From an uncultured Pseudobdellovibrionaceae bacterium (GTDB lineage: Bacteria; Bdellovibrionota; Bdellovibrionia; Bdellovibrionales; Bdellovibrionaceae), in the NCBI GenBank assembly GCA_964584655.1, contig CAZPBD010000002.1:1-61619 (forward strand): a DNA stretch of 61,619 bases. Reading direction: 5' to 3'. Of the stretch, positions 55,089-61,619 are shown piece after piece (within the stretch, counting starts at the first letter, position 1; each line of letters starts with the position of its first letter). The translations under genes were made by a program, and so were the position numbers. The notes beneath the pieces are model-generated. The model saw only the letters and a program-made list of their open reading frames with translations. It was not told the origin of the DNA and did no database searches.

Positions 55089-57251
55089 TTAATAGTTTTG
55101 ATACATGTCAGCCACACGCGCTTTTTTAGCCCAAGTCGCAAGGCTCATTCGAATCGCAGTCCTAATTATATCGGTTTCAGTTCTTTCGCCCTGAGCTTTC
55201 AAGGTTTCTAGTTCCTTCTCGAGATCTACTAAATCCTTCTCATAATCTTTTCGAGCTTTCTCAATTCGCTGCTGCACATCTGGAGGGATCTCTTTCCAAC
55301 TTTGAGTTTGATAGTCCAAGACTTTGGAGCTTTCAAAGGGCATGAGGGCAAAGTGAGTTGTGTTTTCTATACTGGCAAAGAGCTTTGCATACTTCGGGCT
55401 GACTACTTTTGAAAGATATTGAAGGGCCTGTTTTTTGTCTGTTGTTAAGCGCAAAGTCTGCTTCTGTTGACCTTGCAAATCTACTTTTTCCCACGTTCGA
55501 TTCTCTAAACTTTGACTTATCTTATTCGTAAATTGATCCAATAGTTCTAGGTTGCGAGTTGTGTCTCGCAGCTCGATTCCGATCTTCATCGAGTCCTCTG
55601 ATGAGGCCGGGCCGTACTTGCCAGCACGCAGTCCCGCAGAGAAAAACTTTGCGTTCGTCCAGCCCAAACCAGACTGTGACATTTCAATGGTGTTCGGAGT
55701 TGTATGAAACGATCGAAGTGCACTCTTGGCTGCTTCAATAAAAGAAAAATCAGAAGGAATGTTGGCAACGCCTGTCAGATAATTTCCGTGCAGGCCCTCT
55801 TCAAGTCCTTTTAAATAAAGGTAATCATTTAAGTGTTTAAACCAGTAAATGAAACTTTCATATTTGAGATACTTTTTAGATAATTCAAAAACGACGTGAA
55901 CTTGAAACGAGTGGGTTTGTTTAAAAATTTGAGCAAGCTCTCGAATCGTGCGCATTAGACGCTGTCGATTGATCTCATACTTTTTATGCGAAATTTCCCA
56001 GCCATAGCCCTTGCGATGTGCATCACTTAATTCGACAGAGTAACCACCCACGGCCGCAGGCTTTAAATCTGTTGGCATAACCGTTTGGGCTTTTAGAAAA
56101 GTTTTTTTAACAACATGAAGTTTTTGGATGAGCTTTATTCGCTCGTTCTCAGGTTTTTGTAGCCACTCCGCCTCTGAAAACTGCGGAGGTCGATAGAGAA
56201 GTGTGATATCGGAAGTGGAACCTTCCTTTTCAAAAGCATACGTCACAATGGAATTTCCAGATTTACGACTTTCGATGAAATTAACATTATTGGCGTGAAG
56301 ATAGTTAAGTTCTTCTTTGAAGTTATTTAATCCTGAACGGCTTAATAAATCATAAAGCCAAAGCGCGTGCTCTTCTGTTCTAGCCCATTCATTGAGCGCG
56401 CGTGAGCGATCTTCTCTTGAAGGCAGATCAATAAAAATCTGGAGCAAAGTTTCAACTTCCTTTTTGAAACCCAGAGGGTCGGGATGTAGTTTTAGAACGT
56501 CATGGCTTAAAGAATACGGATCGTGGGCCTCTTGGACTGAGTTATCAATCAGCTGAGTGATTTTCTGAATGGGCTTATCAAGAAGTTTACGACTGCGCTC
56601 AATCGACTTCTTAGATTTTAACTCTTTGAGAAGAGTTTTATCCGTGTAAAGGATTCCATCCAAGTGATCGACTTCGTGCTGAAGAACCCGGGCCAAAAAA
56701 CCCTTCACTTCGCGCACTTGGTGCTGTCCTTGTTCGTCGAGATACTCGACCTTAACGGACGTGTAACGTTTTACATAACCGCAAACTCCTGGAATCGAAA
56801 GACAGCCCTCAGTCCCCCATTCAGTTTGATCTGTTAAAAAACGAAGACGTGGATTTATAAGTACGACATCTTTTTCGCTACCGAAAACATTTCGATCTTG
56901 AACAACGATTAATCTTAAGGATGAACCCACTTGAGGAGCTGCGATTGCCACTCCACCTGCACGCTTCATTTCAGATCGCAAACTGCGGATTAGATTTTTG
57001 ATGTCATGGGAATCAATCTCTTGCTTCGAAACTTCAACTGCTCTATCGCGAAGTACAGGATCATTTTTAGAGACCAGCGTGAGTTTTTCTGAGCTTGTGT
57101 TTGCATTCGCACCGCTAACTGCTTGAGCGCAGCTAAGACCTTTTGAAACATTCGCGGCAAAAACTTGAAATGGCGCAACAGCCGACAAAAGAATCGACAA
57201 TTTGAGAAGTGAAATGGCGCCTAGAAGGCTTATGGATCGCAGCTGAGACAT
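55089..57251 (-). CDS. exported peptide-deformylase-domain protein fused to large unknown C-terminal module (720 aa)
   Basis: Leader MSQLRSISLLGAISLLKLSILLSAVAPFQVFA. PDF motifs GVAIAAPQVG (motif 1), EGCLSIPG (motif 2) and QHEVDHLDG (motif 3) are all intact. About 500 further residues have no family recognised. Confidence 0.8.
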   Translation of the reverse strand: MSQLRSISLLGAISLLKLSILLSAVAPFQVFAANVSKGLSCAQAVSGANANTSSEKLTLVSKNDPVLRDRAVEVSKQEIDSHDIKNLIRSLRSEMKRAGGVAIAAPQVGSSLRLIVVQDRNVFGSEKDVVLINPRLRFLTDQTEWGTEGCLSIPGVCGYVKRYTSVKVEYLDEQGQHQVREVKGFLARVLQHEVDHLDGILYTDKTLLKELKSKKSIERSRKLLDKPIQKITQLIDNSVQEAHDPYSLSHDVLKLHPDPLGFKKEVETLLQIFIDLPSREDRSRALNEWARTEEHALWLYDLLSRSGLNNFKEELNYLHANNVNFIESRKSGNSIVTYAFEKEGSTSDITLLYRPPQFSEAEWLQKPENERIKLIQKLHVVKKTFLKAQTVMPTDLKPAAVGGYSVELSDAHRKGYGWEISHKKYEINRQRLMRTIRELAQIFKQTHSFQVHVVFELSKKYLKYESFIYWFKHLNDYLYLKGLEEGLHGNYLTGVANIPSDFSFIEAAKSALRSFHTTPNTIEMSQSGLGWTNAKFFSAGLRAGKYGPASSEDSMKIGIELRDTTRNLELLDQFTNKISQSLENRTWEKVDLQGQQKQTLRLTTDKKQALQYLSKVVSPKYAKLFASIENTTHFALMPFESSKVLDYQTQSWKEIPPDVQQRIEKARKDYEKDLVDLEKELETLKAQGERTETDIIRTAIRMSLATWAKKARVADMYQNY

Positions 57252-57336
57252 CTGGAGAATAGATATCTCAAGACCAGTGCCAGGCGATGATTTAAAATCT
57301 CATTTTAAGACGTGAGCGGGATTCAGAAATTGTGGC

Positions 57337-58659
57337 TTATTCATTACTTAAGTTAGCCGCCACAGTCGCGGAAACCGTAGATTTCACAGCAAAGTGGCTG
57401 GTTAAAACAGCCAACACTGACAACAAGACCGTCGTAAATAAGTACGACGAAAAGTCATAGGCAATTCTAAATACCACAGGCTCTGAAAGTAATCCTGCTC
57501 GGTAAAGAAGTGTGGATTGGTTCACGAAAAAAGTGATCCCGAGTGCCAGTACAAATCCAATCCCTACACCCATCAGACTTAAATACAGAGCTTCCAAAGT
57601 AAATAAAGCCCCCACCTGCTGAGAGCTAAAACCTAAACTTCTTAAGGCTCCGATTTCACGGGTTCGTTCTTTGATACTTTTCACGACAGTATTCAAAACA
57701 GAGAGTCCTGAAATCGTGAGTGTCACTGTTACGATGAAAATTTGAAAGATGCCCAATAAATCTTGGGTCTTATTAAATAAGTCCGCAACAGGATGCTTGA
57801 GCCAATGTGTGGCCGTTGTTGTCAGCCCGTTTTTTTCAGCGAATTGATTGAAGTCATGAATGAATCCATCGGCCTGTTTAGATTTTTTCATCAGCACAGA
57901 AATAAATTTAACATCTTCGGTGTTCAGTAAAGTTTGTGCATTTTCGACGGACATCTTCATCCATTTTTCGTCGATATCTTTGTAGCCACCATCAATAATG
58001 CCTACCACTTTGAAATCCATGGCATTGAGCTGGCCTGACAAAGTCGCAGCCGAAGCTTGAATGGTTTCTTTCTGACATTGAAAGGGGCGAATTTCTGGTT
58101 TGTAGCCATCGTTTTGCACCATACCCTCGATTTTAGGTGTGGGCTCGCATCCAAGTAAAAACCCTAAAGCTTGGCCGACGACGACAACATCAGAATCTTG
58201 AGCGACTTGCAGAGGCTGACCGTACAAAACTTCCCATTCCCATTTAGGAGCTCTCATCATAGCTCCTTCTTTTAGGTCGTACCCCATAGCAACAAAAAGG
58301 AACGAGTTCTTTCCATTGGTCACAGTTCCCGTCACTGGCAAAAATCGAACTCTGGAAATAATTTTGTCTTTATGTTGAGAAATAAACTGATCGATTTTTT
58401 CTTGCTCAGCTTTGCTAATCAGATTTTTTTCGGGCTGAGATTTTCCTTCGGGCGTATTAACATTCGGATTTTCAATGAGCAGATGACCATACATCGCCCG
58501 GTTGTTGAAACCCACTTCATATAAGTGATTGACGTCCGAAATATAGCCTTGAAATAAAACTAAAGACAAAAAGCCTGCAGAAATAGAGGCAATCGCAGCT
58601 AAGCTGTGCCGCCAGTTTTTCAAAGTATTTCTGTAGGCGATTCTTGCAAGTGGCATCAT
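57337..58659 (-). CDS. FtsX/LolC/LolE/MacB-type ABC permease (copy 2)
   Basis: N-terminus AYRNTLKNWRHS plus TM1, a large periplasmic loop and a C-terminal 3-TM FtsX module (REIGALRSLGFS). Confidence 0.85.
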   Translation of the reverse strand: MMPLARIAYRNTLKNWRHSLAAIASISAGFLSLVLFQGYISDVNHLYEVGFNNRAMYGHLLIENPNVNTPEGKSQPEKNLISKAEQEKIDQFISQHKDKIISRVRFLPVTGTVTNGKNSFLFVAMGYDLKEGAMMRAPKWEWEVLYGQPLQVAQDSDVVVVGQALGFLLGCEPTPKIEGMVQNDGYKPEIRPFQCQKETIQASAATLSGQLNAMDFKVVGIIDGGYKDIDEKWMKMSVENAQTLLNTEDVKFISVLMKKSKQADGFIHDFNQFAEKNGLTTTATHWLKHPVADLFNKTQDLLGIFQIFIVTVTLTISGLSVLNTVVKSIKERTREIGALRSLGFSSQQVGALFTLEALYLSLMGVGIGFVLALGITFFVNQSTLLYRAGLLSEPVVFRIAYDFSSYLFTTVLLSVLAVLTSHFAVKSTVSATVAANLSNE

Positions 58660-59408
58660 CGTTTTAAATTATTCACATTGAAAAGGGTTTCACGGTGAGT
58701 ATCAAGTTTTGGCTCTATGTAACGAATCACTGATTTATTATTTTCCAATTTTGCATCCACGATTTCAATTTGGCTGATAAACGCGGTCGAGCTTTCATTC
58801 AAACCTTGAACTTTATTATCATACTTCATTTTGGCTCGCTTAAAGGCTTTACCTTGCAAAGTCAGAAATTCAGCTTGAATCGCAAGTCCGTCACTTTCAC
58901 GAATCCAATACCTAATTTGATCATAGGTTAAATTGTTGGCCTTTGCTTTCAGTAGCAGAACAAAAGACTTGGCGCCGTCAACGACCTCAGTTTTTTCAAG
59001 TGTCGGCGTGTAATCCCGAGCATAATGAGTTGAGGCGATATCACCGTTGGCTGCTTGTCCTGTGAGTTTTTGTCTTGCAGAAATTGTGACAGGCTTTCTA
59101 AGTGACGGTTTGAAAAACCACATCGCCCGGTCGTTGAAAAGATAGACTTCCCCCTTGTTGCGAGAGGGCTCGAGGGCTTCGACGTAAGCATTTACGTACT
59201 GAGCACGAACCTTAAATTTTTTCTTCGTGGTTTGGCCCTCTTCAGTTGTTTCCACTTCACTAATCCAACTCAGTCCCTTTTCTACACTTCCACGGGCGCG
59301 ATCTGATTGTTTTAAAAGTTTTTCTGCATCTTGAGCTTGAGCTAGATTTGAAAGAGCGATGCAAATTAAAAAAAGAACTTGAGGTAAAAACATTTTAGGC
59401 TCCTGCAT
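58656..59408 (-). CDS. LolA-like 'outer membrane lipoprotein-sorting' family periplasmic protein
   Basis: Leader ...VLFLICIALSNLAQA. The segment AMWFFKPSLRKPVTISARQKLTGQAANGDIAS matches my memory of the LolA_like family core. The start could be Met1 (59408) or Met6 (59393). Confidence 0.75.
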   Translation of the reverse strand: MQEPKMFLPQVLFLICIALSNLAQAQDAEKLLKQSDRARGSVEKGLSWISEVETTEEGQTTKKKFKVRAQYVNAYVEALEPSRNKGEVYLFNDRAMWFFKPSLRKPVTISARQKLTGQAANGDIASTHYARDYTPTLEKTEVVDGAKSFVLLLKAKANNLTYDQIRYWIRESDGLAIQAEFLTLQGKAFKRAKMKYDNKVQGLNESSTAFISQIEIVDAKLENNKSVIRYIEPKLDTHRETLFNVNNLKR

Positions 59409-60693
59409 CTGTCAGTAAATTAATAATTTTTGTCTTCAACTTAAACGTCGTCACTAAATAAGCTGTTAGCCCAACCACTAAGAGAAAAATGAGAAGAACG
59501 ATAAAGACCAAATATAAATTTGGCGAAAGAATAAATTGAATACTGTTGGTCACACCGGGTGGAGTGAATCGAATGTTGGCTGCATTTACGACAAATGAAA
59601 TGATGAACGATAGAAATGTGCCAAGTGCTGCACTGATTAGGCAAAGGCATAGGGCTTCTTGAGTCATCATGATTGCAATTTGTTGATTGGTGAAACCGAT
59701 GGCCCTGAATGTTCCGATTTCACGGGTGCGTTCGATAATTCCCATGGTCAGCGAATTCATGATCGAAAGCGCAACTGCCCCGCATATAAGAAAAACAAAA
59801 AAACCGCTCATGACATATAAAAATCCCATAGAACCAGCATAGTTCGGAGAGATCGCTGGTAAATCAAATCGGTAGGCTTCAAGCGGCAGATTATTTTTTG
59901 CGAAGCTTTGGTTGAGATCCGATAAAATTGGATCTAGATCTCGGATGTCTTTGAGGTAAACCATGATGTAGTGAAAACCTTCTAAAGAGTAAAGTTCTTG
60001 CAGAGTTTCCACTGAAGCAAGCAATCCAGAGTCCTCTAGCATTTCAGAACCTGTTGTGTGATTCACTGCTAGCTTCACGTCCACTGCATTCAGATCCCCA
60101 TATTGGGTCATTCCAGCTAACTGAACGTAAGTTTCGTCTTCAGATAATCCAACGTAAGGCCGCTTTTTGCGAAGCAAATCAGAAAGTCGCTCGGTGATTG
60201 AAATTGATTGAGGCGTGTCTTCCAGGGCTTGAACAAAACCCGTCGTCCCAGGGAGCAGAAAATCAATGGCCCAAGTCAGTACGTCTTGGTTTACAAAACT
60301 ATTCTTCAAGGTTTGAAGATCAACTCCTGTTGCAAAAAACGGAACAGACCGATCCCCGTCACTGACAAGTCCAGCACCAGTCAGAGTTTTACCAATCCAA
60401 TCTACTTTATCCTTTTTGCTTTCCAATAAAGTTTCAATTTGTGTCAGCATTTCCGGGGTGACTTGATATCTTGATGGCTGAGTTCCAAATCTTTCAAGTC
60501 CGCCTTTTTTAAATATCGTAATGTGACCTTTATTGAAAAGATAAATGGAATTTGTGCGAAGACTGATTTCAACACGATGGATGTATCCACCCAGTAACAA
60601 AAGACCAATGAATCCTGCAATCACAGCCGCAGCTGTCGCCACAGTCCTTCGATGATTTCTAAAAAGATTGCGAAAGGCAAAAGTCCAGGTCAC
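59395..60693 (-). CDS. FtsX/LolC/LolE/MacB-type ABC permease (copy 1)
   Basis: AFRNLFRNHRRT plus TM1, a periplasmic loop and a C-terminal FtsX module (REIGTFRAIGFT). Confidence 0.85.
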   Translation of the reverse strand: MTWTFAFRNLFRNHRRTVATAAAVIAGFIGLLLLGGYIHRVEISLRTNSIYLFNKGHITIFKKGGLERFGTQPSRYQVTPEMLTQIETLLESKKDKVDWIGKTLTGAGLVSDGDRSVPFFATGVDLQTLKNSFVNQDVLTWAIDFLLPGTTGFVQALEDTPQSISITERLSDLLRKKRPYVGLSEDETYVQLAGMTQYGDLNAVDVKLAVNHTTGSEMLEDSGLLASVETLQELYSLEGFHYIMVYLKDIRDLDPILSDLNQSFAKNNLPLEAYRFDLPAISPNYAGSMGFLYVMSGFFVFLICGAVALSIMNSLTMGIIERTREIGTFRAIGFTNQQIAIMMTQEALCLCLISAALGTFLSFIISFVVNAANIRFTPPGVTNSIQFILSPNLYLVFIVLLIFLLVVGLTAYLVTTFKLKTKIINLLTDAGA

Positions 60694-61370
60694 GAGTGAA
60701 TAACCCCGTCTTGAATTCTGACAACACGAGAAGTTTGTCTAATGAGTTTTTCATCATGGGAACAAAACAGAAACGTGACTTTGCGCTCTTGATTTAACTT
60801 CAACATCAAATCCAAAATAATTTGAGATGTTTTAGAATCTAAATTTGCTGTTGGTTCGTCGGCCAGTACTAACGCTGGTTGAGTCACAAGTGCTCTTGCG
60901 ATTGCAACTCTTTGCCTTTGTCCGCCAGAAAGTTGATCAGGACGATGTTTCACAAAGTCTTCAAGACCAACGGATTTCACAACTTCGTTCACTCTTTGAA
61001 GTCTTTCAGAATCCGACAGTCTGTTTTTAACTAATAATGGAAGTTCAATATTTTCGATCACATTTAAAACTGGCACCAAGTTAAAGGATTGAAAAATGAA
61101 TCCTATCTTTTGATTTCTGAGGTCACAAAGATCTGTTTCGGACATTTTAGTGACTTCTTTATTTTCAAATTGAATGGATCCAAGAGTTGGTAAGTCCAAA
61201 CAGCCGATGAGATTCAGAAGGGTGCTTTTCCCTGAACCCGACGCACCGATCACACTTGTGAATTCACCTGCAAGAATTTCTAGATCGATTCCACGAAGGG
61301 CCGGAACCTCTGTTTCACCAAGTTTATAGGATTTTTTAACTCCGTTGAGTTTGACAAGTACCACTGGCAC
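60690..61370 (-). CDS. LolD/MacB-type ABC ATPase
   Basis: Walker A GASGSGKST, signature LSGGQRQR, Walker B LVLADEPT and H-loop CSHD. GTG start. Confidence 0.92.
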   Translation of the reverse strand: MPVVLVKLNGVKKSYKLGETEVPALRGIDLEILAGEFTSVIGASGSGKSTLLNLIGCLDLPTLGSIQFENKEVTKMSETDLCDLRNQKIGFIFQSFNLVPVLNVIENIELPLLVKNRLSDSERLQRVNEVVKSVGLEDFVKHRPDQLSGGQRQRVAIARALVTQPALVLADEPTANLDSKTSQIILDLMLKLNQERKVTFLFCSHDEKLIRQTSRVVRIQDGVIHS

Positions 61371-61433
61371 CCCCCTAGGGTTTTCGAAAGTTAACTTATC
61401 TCGAGGAATGGACAGTGTCCATATTTGAGTTTT

Positions 61434-61619
61434 TTAAAATCGATAGCCAATGAAAAAGGCACTTTCCAGAGATGACAAACCAAGCTCAGACGATTTCAGT
61501 CTAATTTGTGTTGTATCGTATTGAAGATTAATACCTGAAATGAATTGCTCGCCGGAATATCCAGCGGCCAATTTGATTTGTGTTTTTACAGAGAGTTGAT
61601 TTCGATTCTCTCGGTCGTT
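61434..61619 (-). CDS. outer-membrane beta-barrel protein, C-terminal fragment (5' end outside window)
   Basis: I translated the minus-strand frame by hand and it is open to the window edge. It reads ...KLAAGYSGEQFISGINLQYDTTQIRLKSSELGLSSLESAFFIGYRF*. It has an alternating pattern and the aromatic terminus Y-R-F. Not in the ORF track because no start codon lies in the window. Confidence 0.55.
   Translation of the reverse strand, partial: NDRENRNQLSVKTQIKLAAGYSGEQFISGINLQYDTTQIRLKSSELGLSSLESAFFIGYRF

Overview
This is an AT-rich (about 40% GC by eye), very tightly packed bacterial chromosomal segment with about 70 CDS and one tRNA. I saw no rRNA, CRISPR array, transposase, integrase or prophage signature.

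Most of the window is housekeeping, in this order:
- galU (5'-truncated) and priA
- rpsB-tsf-pyrH-frr-uppS-cdsA-rseP-tsaB
- rluD-pgeF and tRNA-Phe
- a cystathionine beta-synthase-like / gamma-lyase-like pair
- a Mla/MCE-type transporter
- mdh-sucC-sucD and ndk-rlmD-(pilF-like)-rodZ
- nadE and rimO
- rlmH-(nadD::rsfS)-obg-rpmA-rplU-rng
- pilT-deoC-deoA-punA

The composition, PilT, scattered Tad/Flp-like pieces, nucleoside catabolism and many leader-peptide proteins of unknown function fit a Bdellovibrio-like (deltaproteobacterial-type) organism. That taxonomy is inference only.

The items most worth follow-up:
1. A 720-aa protein (55089-57251) has an export-type leader and an intact peptide deformylase domain fused to a roughly 500-aa unknown module. 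It lies directly downstream of an OMP / LolD-like ATPase / two FtsX permeases / LolA-like operon.
2. A Mla-type transporter has two different permeases and two different ATPases. Their motif degeneracies are complementary, which predicts one consensus and one degenerate ATP site.
3. A ParA/MinD-like ATPase is paired with a J-like domain that lacks HPD, fused to a RodZ-type HTH.
4. An unannotated 24-aa poly-Lys/Ala peptide gene has a strong SD and a bidirectional terminator. L21 and S2 carry tails of similar character.
5. A nadD::rsfS fusion.
6. A nucleotide-cyclase-like protein (I recall it as DUF3095) sits between sucD and ndk.

All family assignments come from motifs read by eye. No database search was run.
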